A DNA stretch of 64,000 bases from Bacillota bacterium (GTDB taxonomy: Bacteria; Bacillota; Limnochordia; Limnochordales; ZCTH02-B6): positions 7,105 to 71,104 of the forward strand of contig PKQR02000001.1 in assembly GCA_017578085.2 (NCBI GenBank), written 5' to 3'. This document shows, one piece after another, positions 1-11,680 of this stretch; the stretch's first letter is position 1, and every line of letters starts with the position of its first letter. A model generated the notes under the pieces. The model made no database searches and had not been told where the DNA came from. It saw nothing but the letters and a program-made list of their open reading frames with translations. The translations under genes were made by a program, and so were the position numbers.

Positions 1-2
1 TT

Positions 3-131
3 ACGCTGAGCGCCCTCTACATCATCGCGCACCTGACCGCTGCGCCGGGCCGGGATAAGGACCCAGCGATTCCAGCGGACGCCGCCGTGGCCGGGGAAGC
101 GGCCGGCGCGGGAGAGCCGAAGGACAACTGA
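3..131 (+). CDS. 3' end of an upstream CDS of unknown function (partial, runs off the window)
   Basis: Frame 3 is open from the window edge to TGA 129-131 (..TLSALYIIAHLTAAPGRDKDPAIPADAAVAGEAAGAGEPKDN*). It has no recognisable family. The coding call rests only on the open frame and its position upstream of the ileS leader. Confidence 0.3.
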   Translation, partial: TLSALYIIAHLTAAPGRDKDPAIPADAAVAGEAAGAGEPKDN

Positions 132-164
132 CGGGCGTTTGGCCCGTGTGAGCAACACGCACCA

Positions 165-416
165 ACGGGCGATGATGGGGAGAGTAGGCGGGGCCGGAGG
201 CCCAAGCGAGCCGGGGTGGGTGGGAGCCCGGCGGTCCGCCGCCCGCTGAAGATCACCCCGGAGCTGCCCACCGAAAGCCGCAGGGCGAGTAGACTGGGCC
301 GGCTGCCGCCGTTATCGGCGCAAGAGTGGGACGCAAGGCCGCGAGAGGCCTTGCGTTCAATAAGGGTGGTACCGCGGGAAGATTGCCCGTCCCTTCGAGG
401 GGCGGGTCTTTTTTTT
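165..416 (+). promoter_or_regulatory. T-box riboswitch leader (Ile specifier AUC) with intrinsic terminator, controlling ileS
   Basis: The stem I base has GAUGA..GGAGAGUA (about 171-186). The specifier loop reads UGAAG-AUC-A, with AUC at 252-254. The canonical T-box sequence AAUAAGGGUGGUACCGCGG lies at about 359-377. The terminator stem is CCCGUCCC/GGGGCGGG (386-406), followed by a U-run to 416. ileS starts 57 nt downstream. Confidence 0.85.
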
Positions 417-472
417 ACTCCTGTTGTGGCCGCCGGTGGGGAGCGGCGGACATGTTCGGGAGGTGTCGTTGT

Positions 473-3289
473 ATGGACGCGGACAAGAACGTGGACTACC
501 AAAAGACGCTGCAGCTGCCGCGCACCGAGTTCCCCATGCGCGCCCAGCTGAGCCAGCGGGAACCGGAGTTCCTGCGGCGCTGGGAAGAACGGAAGCTGTA
601 CCAGCGCCTCCAGGAGCTGGGGCGGGCCCAGAACCGGCCGGTCTGGATCTTGCATGACGGGCCGCCCTACGCCAACGGGGACATCCATATCGGCACGGCG
701 TTCAACAAGATCCTGAAGGACATCGTCATCCGCTCCCACAGCATGGATGGCTATCACTGCCCTTACGTGCCGGGGTGGGACACCCACGGGCTGCCCATCG
801 AGCACGCCATCATCACCGCCCACGGCATCGACCGGCACGCCATTGACCCGGTGGAGTTCCGGCGCCGGTGCAAGGAGTACGCCCTTCATTACGTCAATGT
901 GCACCGGGAACAGTTCCGCCGCCTGGGCGTCTGGGGTGACTGGGACAATCCTTACCTGACCTTGACGCCCGAATACGAAGCGCGGCAGGTGGAAGTCTTC
1001 GGCGAGATGGCCCGGCGGGGCTACATCTACAAGGGCCAGAAGCCCGTCTACTGGTGTCCCCACTGCGAAACCGCCCTGGCCGAGGCCGAGATCGAATACA
1101 AGGACCACCGCTCGCCGTCGGTCTACTTCACATTCCCCGTCGTGGACGGCAAGGGCCTCTTGCCTGCGGACAGCGCCGTCGCGGTCTGGACGACGACGCC
1201 TTGGACGATCCCGGCCAACATGGCCATCGCCCTGCATCCGGAGTTCGCGTACGTTTTGGCGGAAACCGACCGGGGGCTGTTGCTCATGGCCGAGGGCCTC
1301 ATGGAGCAGGTGGCCCAAGCCGTAGGCCTCTCGGTGCGTGGCCTGCGGGCCCGCTTCCGCGGGCAGGAGTTGGAAGGCGTCGTGACACGGCATCCGCTCT
1401 TTGACCGGGAAAGCCCCATTATCCTGGCCGAACATGTGACGCTGGAACAGGGGACAGGCTGCGTGCACACGGCGCCGGGGCACGGCCTCGAGGACTACGA
1501 GGTGGGCGTGCGCTACGGGTTGCCGGTCTTTGCCCCCGTGGACGCCAGCGGGCGGTTCACCGCTGAAGGCGGGCCGTACGCGGGCCAGAAGGTGTCCGAG
1601 GCCAACGGGCCCATCATCGCGGACCTGGAGCGAAACGGGCGCCTGCTCAAGCGCGCCGACGTGAACCACCAATACCCCCACTGCTGGCGCTGTCGCAACC
1701 CGGTCATCTTCCGGGCCACAGAGCAGTGGTTCGCGTCAGTCGAAGGCTTCCGCGAGGCGGCCTTGGCCGCCATCGGCCGCGTCCAGTGGATCCCGCCCTG
1801 GGGCCAGGAGCGCATCGCCAACATGGTCGCGCAGCGGGCCGACTGGTGCATCTCGCGGCAGCGAGTTTGGGGCGTGCCCATCCCCATCTTTACCTGCAAA
1901 GCTTGCGGCCACCATCTCATCGATGAGGAAACCATCGCCGCCGTGGCGGACCTGTTCCGGCGGGAGGGCTCCGATGCCTGGTTCCAGCGGGCAGCCAGCG
2001 AGATCCTTCCCCCGGGCAAGGCATGCCCGCAATGCGGCGGGACCGACTTCGACAAGGAAAAGGACATCATGGACGTCTGGTTTGACTCGGGTTCGTCCCA
2101 CGCGGCGGTGCTGGACGAGCGGCCCGAGCTGCGCTGGCCGGCGGACATGTATCTTGAGGGCAGCGATCAGCACCGGGGCTGGTTCCAGTCGTCACTGCTG
2201 ACGGCGGTGGCCACGCGGGGCGAAGCGCCGTACCGCGCCGTGCTCACCCACGGTTTCGTCGTGGACGAGGAAGGCCGCAAGATGTCCAAGTCCCTGGGCA
2301 ACGTGGTGGAGCCCCAGGCGGTGGTGGGGAAGTACGGGGCGGACGTGCTGCGGCTGTGGGCGGCCTCCGTTGACTACCGCGGCGACGTGCGCATCTCGGA
2401 GAATATCCTCAACCAGCTGGCGGACGTCTACCGGCGTATCCGCAACACGGCCCGGTTTCTCTTGGGCAACATCGGGGACTTTGATCCGGTCAAGGACGCC
2501 GTGCCCTTTGACGCCATGACGGAGATCGACCGCTGGGCGGTGCTGCGGCTCAGGCGCCTTGCCCGGCGCGCCATCAAGGCGTACCGGGAGTACGAGTACC
2601 ACGTGGTGTTCCACCAGGTGCACCACTTCTGCGCGGTGGACATGGGCGGTTTCTACCTGGATGCGCTCAAGGATCGCCTATATTGCGAAGGGCCCGCGTC
2701 CCACGAGCGGCGGTCGGCGCAGACCGCGCTGTACGAAATCTTGGTGACGCTGACCAAGCTCATCGCGCCGGTCTTGGCCTTCACGGCCGATGAAATTTGG
2801 CAGTACCTGCCCGAACACGCCCGGGAGCAGGAGAGCGTCCACTTGACCACGTGGTCGGAGCCGCCTGCGGAAACGCCCGAGGAGCAGGCCTTTATGGAGC
2901 GCTGGGAGCGGCTCCTGGCGGTGCGGCGCACCGTGACGAAGGCGTTGGAGAACGCCCGCAACGAGAAGCTCATCGGCGCGTCGACCGAAGCCGCTGTGGA
3001 GCTGTATCCCAACGAAGCGACGGCGGCGCTGCTCGGCAGCTTCACCGCCGAGCAGCTGGCGGAGGCGTTCATCGTGTCCGCGGTCCGGGTCCACCCCGCG
3101 GGGACGGCTGTGCCCGCCGGGGCGCTGGACGAGGGCACCGGGGCGGCGGCCGTAGTCGTGCGCGCTCCCGGGGAGAAGTGCGCCCGCTGCTGGCGGTACT
3201 CGGAAACCGTGGGCGCACACGCGCGTCACCCGCAATTGTGTGAGCGCTGCGCAACGGTGGTCGAGCGCGATTACGGGCATGGGAGCTGA
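473..3289 (+). CDS. ileS: Isoleucine--tRNA ligase (class I, type 1)
   Basis: The tracked ORF is 326-3289. I moved the start to ATG 473, behind GGAGGTG (459-465) and after the T-box terminator. Motifs present: PPYANGDIHIGTA (HIGH), GRKMSKSLGN (KMSKS), and Cys-pair zinc motifs CPHC, CWRC, CKAC/CPQC and C-terminal CARC..CERC. Confidence 0.97.
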   Translation: MDADKNVDYQKTLQLPRTEFPMRAQLSQREPEFLRRWEERKLYQRLQELGRAQNRPVWILHDGPPYANGDIHIGTAFNKILKDIVIRSHSMDGYHCPYVPGWDTHGLPIEHAIITAHGIDRHAIDPVEFRRRCKEYALHYVNVHREQFRRLGVWGDWDNPYLTLTPEYEARQVEVFGEMARRGYIYKGQKPVYWCPHCETALAEAEIEYKDHRSPSVYFTFPVVDGKGLLPADSAVAVWTTTPWTIPANMAIALHPEFAYVLAETDRGLLLMAEGLMEQVAQAVGLSVRGLRARFRGQELEGVVTRHPLFDRESPIILAEHVTLEQGTGCVHTAPGHGLEDYEVGVRYGLPVFAPVDASGRFTAEGGPYAGQKVSEANGPIIADLERNGRLLKRADVNHQYPHCWRCRNPVIFRATEQWFASVEGFREAALAAIGRVQWIPPWGQERIANMVAQRADWCISRQRVWGVPIPIFTCKACGHHLIDEETIAAVADLFRREGSDAWFQRAASEILPPGKACPQCGGTDFDKEKDIMDVWFDSGSSHAAVLDERPELRWPADMYLEGSDQHRGWFQSSLLTAVATRGEAPYRAVLTHGFVVDEEGRKMSKSLGNVVEPQAVVGKYGADVLRLWAASVDYRGDVRISENILNQLADVYRRIRNTARFLLGNIGDFDPVKDAVPFDAMTEIDRWAVLRLRRLARRAIKAYREYEYHVVFHQVHHFCAVDMGGFYLDALKDRLYCEGPASHERRSAQTALYEILVTLTKLIAPVLAFTADEIWQYLPEHAREQESVHLTTWSEPPAETPEEQAFMERWERLLAVRRTVTKALENARNEKLIGASTEAAVELYPNEATAALLGSFTAEQLAEAFIVSAVRVHPAGTAVPAGALDEGTGAAAVVVRAPGEKCARCWRYSETVGAHARHPQLCERCATVVERDYGHGS

Positions 3290-3349
3290 GTCCCGGGGGG
3301 AATCCTACAAGGGCGCAAGCCATAAACCGCGGCGATCGGAGCGGCTGCG

Positions 3350-3655
3350 ATGCGGGAGGCTGTCAGCCGGAAGCTGGTGGAGAAGCTGCTGGTGCGCCTG
3401 GAGGGACTTATGACCCTCATGGAGCGGAACAGCCTGGCGGAGCTTATCGAGCTGTACCGCTCACCCCGGCGGATGATCTTCCTCAGCTTCGCGTCGGGTG
3501 TGGCCCGAGGCTTCGGCATTGCGGTCGGGTTCACCATCATCGGGGCCCTCTTCCTGTGGATGCTAGGGCGGCTGGCCATGCTCAACCTGCCCATTATCGG
3601 CGAGTTCGTGGCAGAGATCACCCGCATCGTCCAGGGCGAGTTGGCCCGCCCGTAA
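3350..3655 (+). CDS. Small membrane protein, DUF5665-like
   Basis: This is a 101-aa ORF with an N-terminal amphipathic segment, then ..FASGVARGFGIAVGFTIIGALFLWMLG.., a hydrophobic hairpin. The pattern matches my recollection of the small conserved protein found after ileS in Firmicutes. Confidence 0.65.
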   Translation: MREAVSRKLVEKLLVRLEGLMTLMERNSLAELIELYRSPRRMIFLSFASGVARGFGIAVGFTIIGALFLWMLGRLAMLNLPIIGEFVAEITRIVQGELARP

Positions 3656-3692
3656 AGCGCCCGGATCGCCGCAACGGAAAGGGCGGCCCCTC

Positions 3693-4271
3693 GTGGGACT
3701 CGGACCAGGCGATCGGCAGAAGTTTAAGACGCGGCTGCTCGAGGAGCGGCGCAGGCTGAGGTCGTCGCTGGAGGCGTTGGAGAGCTCCGGATGGATGGAC
3801 GCGGAAACGGGCGGCATCGGCGAGCTCTCCACTTACGACCAGCACCCGGCCGATCTTGGCAGTGAGGTCGCGGCCCGCCAGGTGGACCTAGGCCTCCAGC
3901 AAAACACCGTGCGCCTGCTGGCCCAGGTGGACCGGGCCCTCGAGCGTCTCGAAGAAGGCACGTACGGCGTGTGTGAGGAGTGCGGGCGCCCCATTCCCAT
4001 GGGGCGCCTTTTGGCTATGCCTTCTGCGACCCGGTGCGTGGAGTGCGCCGCTGCTGAGGAACAAGGCGGGCCTGGCGGCTCCAGCAGCGGGGACGGCGGG
4101 CCGCCCGGGTCGCTTCGCCGGCGCCGTCCGCCTGAGGAAGAACTGCTCTCGCCTCCTTTCGGGCGCAGCAGCCGGGGTGGGCCGGCTTATGACGGCGCCG
4201 ACGCCTGGCGGGAAGTTGCGCGCCACGGCACGTCCAACAGCCCGCAGGACGCGCCTGAAGAGATGACTTAG
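3693..4271 (+). CDS. DksA/TraR C4-type zinc-finger protein (YlyA/YteA-like)
   Basis: The start is GTG, preceded by GGAAAGGG. A coiled-coil N-terminal part is followed by CEECGRPI..CVEC, a C4 finger. It occupies the same position (ileS - ylyA - lspA) as in B. subtilis. The C-terminal tail is Gly/Pro/Arg-rich and of low complexity. Confidence 0.8.
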   Translation: MGLGPGDRQKFKTRLLEERRRLRSSLEALESSGWMDAETGGIGELSTYDQHPADLGSEVAARQVDLGLQQNTVRLLAQVDRALERLEEGTYGVCEECGRPIPMGRLLAMPSATRCVECAAAEEQGGPGGSSSGDGGPPGSLRRRRPPEEELLSPPFGRSSRGGPAYDGADAWREVARHGTSNSPQDAPEEMT

Positions 4272-4288
4272 GCTCCGGGCGGGCCCGG

Positions 4289-4317
4289 TTGTTGGGCTTC
4301 CCGCCGTGTGCTAGAAT
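4289..4317 (+). promoter_or_regulatory. Candidate sigma-A promoter with extended -10 immediately upstream of lspA
   Basis: TTGTTG (4289-4294), a 17-nt spacer ending in TGC, then TAGAAT (4312-4317). This is a TGn-extended -10. It lies 1-10 nt from the possible lspA starts. Confidence 0.35.
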
Positions 4318-4818
4318 TTGGGAAGCATGCTGACGGGAGGTCCCGCGCCGGTGCGGATGGTGGCCGTGGGACTCGCGGTGATGCTGGTGGACCAGGCCGC
4401 CAAGTGGTGGGCCGTTCACCAGCTGGCGCCGGGCGTCCGGCACCCGGTGCTGCCGGGGCTCATCTACTTGACCCGGGTCCACAACCCGGGTGCCGCCTTC
4501 GGTCTGTTCCCCTACCAGCAAGTGTTTCTCAGCCTTGGTGCCATCGGTTTGCTCCTTTTTGCCTGGTGGCGGCGCCGGGACATCCAGCGGCTGCCCAAAG
4601 GCATGCGCTTTGCCGTCGCCCTGGGCCTCGGCGGCGCAGCCGGCAACCTCATCGACCGCCTCTGGCGCGGCGCGGTGGTGGATTTCATCGATCTGGGCGT
4701 CCTGCCGGTGTTCAACGTGGCGGACATGGCCATCGTCGCAGGCGTCGCGATCTTGTCCTGGTTCGTCTTGCTAGGGCGCGACGCGGCCGAGCCGAGGGAG
4801 AACGAAGGTGGAGCGTAA
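4318..4818 (+). CDS. lspA: Lipoprotein signal peptidase (signal peptidase II)
   Basis: The 166-aa ORF has four hydrophobic segments, a conserved ..NPGAAFG.. motif and FNVADMAIVAGV (the catalytic Asp region). The start is either TTG 4318 or ATG 4327. Confidence 0.9.
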   Translation: MGSMLTGGPAPVRMVAVGLAVMLVDQAAKWWAVHQLAPGVRHPVLPGLIYLTRVHNPGAAFGLFPYQQVFLSLGAIGLLLFAWWRRRDIQRLPKGMRFAVALGLGGAAGNLIDRLWRGAVVDFIDLGVLPVFNVADMAIVAGVAILSWFVLLGRDAAEPRENEGGA

Positions 4819-5742
4819 AGAGCTGGTGGTGCCGGCGGACGCCCCACGGGAGCGGCTGGACCGATGGCTCGCGGCCCAAGGGATAGGGCCGTCGCGCGCC
4901 TTTGTGCAGCGGTTGATCGACGCCGGCCTCGTCCAGGTGGACGGGCGGCCGGCCGCCGCCAGCGACAAAGTGCGGCCGGGCCAGCGGGTGACGGTTTCCA
5001 TCCCGCCCCCGGAGCCGGCGGAGACGAAGCCTGAAGCCATTCCGCTGGACGTTGTGTACGAGGACGAAGACGTGATCGTCGTCAACAAGCCGCAGGGGAT
5101 GGTGGTCCACCCGGCGGCGGGCAACCGGGCCGGCACGCTGGTCAACGCCCTCTTGGCCCACTGCCCGGACCTTTCGGGCATCGGCGGCAAGGAGCGCCCG
5201 GGCATCGTCCACCGGCTGGACAAGGACACCTCGGGCCTTTTGGTGGTGGCCAAAAACGATCAAGCCCACATTTCCCTGGCCCAACAGATCCAGGCGAGGG
5301 AGGCGGTGCGGGAGTACGTGGCCATCGTGCACGGGCAACTCCGGGCAGATCGTGGCCGGATCGAGGCGCCCATCGGGCGCCACCCCGTGGACCGCAAGCG
5401 GATGGCCGTCGTGCCGGGCGGCCGGCCGGCGATCACGGACTATGAAGTGCTGGAGCGGTTTCCCGGGTACACGTACGTCCGCGCCAGGCTGCAGACGGGC
5501 CGCACACACCAGATACGGGTGCACATGGCCCACATCGGCCACCCCGTGGTGGGAGATCCGGTCTACGGCCCCCGCCGCTGCCCGTGGAACTTGCAGGGGC
5601 AGTGCCTGCACGCCTGCCGGCTCGGTTTCCGCCATCCGCGCACGGGCCAATGGATGACCTTTACGGCGCCGCTGCCGCCGCATATGGAAAAGGTCTTGCG
5701 CGATCTGCGCAGCCGCCGCCAGGTGGAGATCCGTGAGGGTGG

Positions 5743-5746
<4 letters not shown>
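4808..5746 (+). CDS. rluD: 23S rRNA pseudouridine synthase, RluD family
   Basis: The GTG start overlaps the lspA 3' end by 11 nt. An S4-like N-terminal domain (RLDRWL..) is followed by the catalytic motif HRLDKDTSGLLVVAKN. Confidence 0.92.
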
Positions 5747-7809
<2,063 letters not shown>

Positions 7810-7902
7810 AGCGCCGTCCCGCCTGCTGGACCCGGTGCCGGTCGCAAGCCTAGCCGGGGCTTGGCGCCGGCGCCGGGCGGGCATAGATGGGAGGGGAACC
7901 GC

Positions 7903-8841
7903 GTGGGTTTGGCACGCAGGAATTTGATCCGCATGCGGGACTTGTCCGCGGCCGATATCCAGCAGATTCTCAGCACAGCCGCCGCCTGCAAGGACATCTT
8001 CAGCCGGGAAGTCAAGAAGATGCCCACGTTGCGGGGGCAGGTGATGGTCAACCTCTTCTATGAGCCCAGCACCCGTACCCGCACTTCCTTCGAGCTTGCG
8101 GGCAAATGGATGAGCGCCGACGTGGTCAACATCGCGGTGGCGACCTCCAGCGTCGTGAAAGGCGAGAGCTTGACCGATACCGCGAAGACCCTCGAATCCC
8201 TCGGCGCCGACATCGTCGTCATCCGCCACCCGTCGGCCGGGGCGCCGGCGCTCCTGGCCCGCTCCATCCGGGCGGCGGTGATCAACGCCGGCGACGGCAT
8301 GCATGAGCACCCCACTCAGGCGCTGCTCGACCTCTTCACAATCCAAGAAGCCAAGGGCACCGTGGCGGACCTGCACGTCGTCATCGTGGGCGACATCCTG
8401 CACAGCCGGGTCGCCCGGTCCAACATCTGGGGATTGCGGACGCTGGGGGCACGGGTGACGGTGGTCGGCCCGCCGACGCTCATGCCGCCGGGCCTTGAAG
8501 AGTTGGGCGTGCGGGTGAGCTACGACCTGGACCGGGTGTTGCCGGAGGCCGATGTGGTCAACGTGCTGCGCATCCAGCGGGAACGCCAGCCTACGGCCCT
8601 CATTCCCAGCCTGAGGGAATATACCCGCTACTTCGGCCTGACCCGGGAGCGCCTGGAGCGGTTGCGCCCGGATGCGCTCATCCTGCACCCCGGCCCAGCC
8701 AACCTGGGTGTCGAGATCGTGCAGGAAGCCGTCGACGATCCGCGCGCCCGCATTCACGACCAGGTCACCAACGGCGTCGCGGTCCGCATGGCCGTACTTT
8801 ACCTCGTGACGGGAGGCCGGCACGATGCGGTGGCTGCTTAA
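7903..8841 (+). CDS. pyrB: Aspartate carbamoyltransferase catalytic subunit
   Basis: The start is set to GTG 7903, 7 nt after GGGAGGGG. Motifs present: FYEPSTRTRTSFE, HPTQALLD and HPGPANLGVEI. Confidence 0.95.
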   Translation: MGLARRNLIRMRDLSAADIQQILSTAAACKDIFSREVKKMPTLRGQVMVNLFYEPSTRTRTSFELAGKWMSADVVNIAVATSSVVKGESLTDTAKTLESLGADIVVIRHPSAGAPALLARSIRAAVINAGDGMHEHPTQALLDLFTIQEAKGTVADLHVVIVGDILHSRVARSNIWGLRTLGARVTVVGPPTLMPPGLEELGVRVSYDLDRVLPEADVVNVLRIQRERQPTALIPSLREYTRYFGLTRERLERLRPDALILHPGPANLGVEIVQEAVDDPRARIHDQVTNGVAVRMAVLYLVTGGRHDAVAA

Positions 8842-10111
8842 GGGCGGGCGGGTGGTGGACCCTGCCCAAGGGATCGACGCGGTGCTGGATGTGCTGGTGG
8901 CCGACGGCCGCGTCGTCGAGTTGGGACAGGACCTGTCCGGCGCGGGTGAGGTCGTCGACTGCCAGGGCAAGGTGGTCGTGCCTGGCCTGATCGACCTCCG
9001 CGCGCACTTGGGCGAGCCGGGGCGAGAACTGGCCGAAACCATCGCCTCCGGGACCCGGGCCGCGGCCGCCGGCGGCTTCACCGCGGTCTGTGCCCGCCCG
9101 GGCCGCGAGCCGGCTGTGGACAACGCCGGCTGGGTGAGCTTTGTGCGGGAGCGGGCGCGGCAGGACGGCGTTGTCAAGGTGTACCCCCTGGCGGCCGTTA
9201 CGAAAGGATACGCCGGCGATGAACTGGTGGAGATGGGAGACCTCAAGGCCGCAGGGGCCGTCGCCCTCTATGACGGTGACCGCAGCCTGGCGCGCGCCGG
9301 GGTGATGCGGCGGGCGCTGGAGTACGCCCGCATGGTCGGGCTGCCCGTAATGGTCCACTGCGAGGACGCCGACTTGGCGGGCCCCGGCGTCATGCACGAG
9401 GGGCTTTACTCGACCATCAACGGCCTGGCCGGCATCCCGGCGGCGGCCGAGGAGATCGTCGTCGCCCGCGATTTGATGCTGGCCCAACTGACGGGGGCGC
9501 GGCTGCACATCGCCCATGTGAGCACCGCAGGCAGCGTAGCGCTGATCCGGGCGGCCAAGGCCCGGGGCGTCGCGGTGACCGCCGACGTGACGGCGCATCA
9601 CCTGGTGTTGACCGATGCCGATGTGCAGCCCGACGACGCCAACTGGAAGGTGCGGCCGCCTCTGCGCACAAGCGCCGACGTGGAGGCTTTGCTGGAGGGT
9701 TTGCGGGACGGCACCATCGATTGCATCGCCACCGATCACGAGCCGCATCTTGAAGAGGACAAGCAGGTGGAGTTTGACCGGGCGCCCTTTGGCATTATCG
9801 GCCTGGAAACCGCATTGCCCTTGCTCCTGACGCGGGTGGTCGCCGCGGGCTCCTTGTCCTTGAACGAGTTGATCGCGCGCCTGAGCTGGCATCCCGCCCG
9901 GATGCTGGGACTGCCGGGCGGCACCCTCGCGCCGGGCTCTCCGGCCGACATCACCGTGATCGATCCGGAGCGCGAGCGGGTCTACGACCCCAAGCAAGGG
10001 TATTCCCGCAGCCGCAACACTCCGCTGGCCGGCTGGAGGCTCAAGGGATGGCCGGTAGCCACCATGGTGGACGGGCGCTGGGTGGTTCAGCAGGGAAGGG
10101 TGTTGGTGTGA
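8825..10111 (+). CDS. pyrC: Dihydroorotase
   Basis: ATG 8825 overlaps the pyrB end by 17 nt. The metal-binding motifs resemble DLHVH (here DLRAHLGEPG) and TDHAPH (here TDHEPH). The 428-aa length is typical. Confidence 0.95.
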   Translation: MRWLLKGGRVVDPAQGIDAVLDVLVADGRVVELGQDLSGAGEVVDCQGKVVVPGLIDLRAHLGEPGRELAETIASGTRAAAAGGFTAVCARPGREPAVDNAGWVSFVRERARQDGVVKVYPLAAVTKGYAGDELVEMGDLKAAGAVALYDGDRSLARAGVMRRALEYARMVGLPVMVHCEDADLAGPGVMHEGLYSTINGLAGIPAAAEEIVVARDLMLAQLTGARLHIAHVSTAGSVALIRAAKARGVAVTADVTAHHLVLTDADVQPDDANWKVRPPLRTSADVEALLEGLRDGTIDCIATDHEPHLEEDKQVEFDRAPFGIIGLETALPLLLTRVVAAGSLSLNELIARLSWHPARMLGLPGGTLAPGSPADITVIDPERERVYDPKQGYSRSRNTPLAGWRLKGWPVATMVDGRWVVQQGRVLV

Positions 10112-11115
10112 AGACTATGGAGTCGTTTCCGGCGCGGGTGTTCGCGGCCACGGCGGAGAAAGGAGGGCCGGTGGTCGTCGGCCTCGACCCCCGGCCGGAG
10201 CTGTTGCCCCCGGACCTGATCGCCTGGGGCCGCAGGCAAAGCTCCGACCCGAGGCAGGCCGCCGCTCTGGCGATTTCCGCCTTTAACCGCCTCATCATCG
10301 ATGCGGTGGCAGACATCGCGGTCGCGGTCAAACCGCAATTGGCCTTTTTCGAACAGTTGGGCTGGCCGGGCATCCGGGCGCTGGAGGAAACCATGGCCTA
10401 CGCCCGGGAACGAGGGCTTCTGGTTATAGCGGACGGGAAGCGCCACGACATCGGATCTACGGCCGAAGCCTACGCCCGGGCGTACCTGGGGTACACAGGC
10501 GCTCGCGGGAAAGGCGCGTGTGGCGGGCTTGATGACATCGCCTCAGGGCTTGAGGCCGACGCGCTCACGGTCAGCCCATACATGGGCACCGACAGCCTGG
10601 AGCCGTTCCTGGCCGCCTGCCGGGAGCGGGGCAAAGGCATCTTCGTGCTGGTGCGGACCTCCAACCCGTCGGGCGCGGAGCTGCAGGACCTGCCGGTGGG
10701 GATGGGGGAGAAGCCAACGACGCTGGCCGAGCGCGTGGGACAGCTGGTGATGCGCTGGAACGAGGGGATGCCGACGGCGGATGGGTACGGTCCGGTAGGG
10801 GCCGTGGTCGGCGCGACGGGGCCGGAGGAAGCGGCGCGCCTGCGGCGGCAGCTTCCCGGTGTCCTCTTCCTCGTTCCGGGGTACGGGGCGCAGGGCGCGG
10901 GCGCGACAGAAGCCGCCGCCGCCTTCGCTCCCGACGGCCGCGGGGCGCTCGTCAACGCCGCGCGGGCGATCCAGTACGCGTGGCGTCTCGAGCATCCCGA
11001 CGACCCGGGCAGCGCCGACGACTATGCGGCCGCCGCCCGCCGGGCGGCTCTCCGCATGCGGGCGGAGCTGCGGGCGGCGGTGCAGACAGGGAGGGTTTCG
11101 GGTGACGGGGACTGA
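10108..11115 (+). CDS. pyrF: Orotidine 5'-phosphate decarboxylase (long, type 2)
   Basis: GTG 10108 overlaps the pyrC stop (GTGA) and lies 7 nt after GGGAAGGG. ATG 10117 is an alternative start. Motifs present: VVVGLDP and IADGKRHDIGSTA. The long form is the type seen in Actinobacteria and high-GC taxa. Confidence 0.9.
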   Translation: MKTMESFPARVFAATAEKGGPVVVGLDPRPELLPPDLIAWGRRQSSDPRQAAALAISAFNRLIIDAVADIAVAVKPQLAFFEQLGWPGIRALEETMAYARERGLLVIADGKRHDIGSTAEAYARAYLGYTGARGKGACGGLDDIASGLEADALTVSPYMGTDSLEPFLAACRERGKGIFVLVRTSNPSGAELQDLPVGMGEKPTTLAERVGQLVMRWNEGMPTADGYGPVGAVVGATGPEEAARLRRQLPGVLFLVPGYGAQGAGATEAAAAFAPDGRGALVNAARAIQYAWRLEHPDDPGSADDYAAAARRAALRMRAELRAAVQTGRVSGDGD

Positions 11116-11119
11116 AGTG

Positions 11120-11680
11120 ATGGAGACGCTGGTCAAGAGCGGCGCCGTCTTGCAGGGACACTTCCTGCTCACCTCCGGCCAGCACAGCGACACCTACGTG
11201 GAGAAGTTCCGGCTGCTGGAGCGACCGGACCTGGCGGAGCCGGTGGTGCGGGCCTTGGCCGACCGGTTTCGGGGCGCGGGCGTCCAGGTGGTGCTGGGGC
11301 CGGCGGTGGGCGGCATCATCGTCGCCTACGAGATGGCGCGCCAGCTGGGAGCCCGGGCCGTGTTCGCCGAGAGGCAGGACGGGCGGTTGACCTTGCGCCG
11401 CGGGTTCCGCATCCAGCCGGGCGAACGCTGCCTGGTGGTTGAGGACGTGGTCACCACCGGCGGTTCCGTCCGGGAAGTGCTGGAGGTGGCCCGGCAGGCG
11501 GGTGCGGACGTGGTGGGCGTGGCCGTGCTGGCCGACCGCAGCGGGGGGCGGGCGCTTGACCTGGGCGTGCGGGTTGAATATTTGCTTTCCCTGGAGGCAC
11601 CCGCCTGGGATCCGGACGACTGCCCCTTGTGCCGGGCGGGCGTGCCCCTCGAAAAACGGGGAAGCCGGGATCTGGCGTGA
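11120..11680 (+). CDS. pyrE: Orotate phosphoribosyltransferase
   Basis: ATG 11120 lies 4 nt after the pyrF stop. Motifs present: GHFLLTSGQHSDTY and the PRPP loop LVVEDVVTTGGS. Confidence 0.93.
   Translation: METLVKSGAVLQGHFLLTSGQHSDTYVEKFRLLERPDLAEPVVRALADRFRGAGVQVVLGPAVGGIIVAYEMARQLGARAVFAERQDGRLTLRRGFRIQPGERCLVVEDVVTTGGSVREVLEVARQAGADVVGVAVLADRSGGRALDLGVRVEYLLSLEAPAWDPDDCPLCRAGVPLEKRGSRDLA

Noticed and set aside
131-147. A hairpin ACGGGC-GUUUG-GCCCGU lies right after the partial upstream ORF. I considered it as a possible terminator or promoter region for the T-box leader.
   Set aside because: The stem is only 6 bp with no U-run. I could not find a convincing -35/-10 pair between 100 and 165 for the ileS leader.
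7810-7902. I looked for a second PyrR attenuator between pyrP and pyrB, as in B. subtilis.
   Set aside because: There is no UCCAGAGAGGCU-like loop and no terminator hairpin with a U-run. The region is GC-rich and has only the pyrB RBS.
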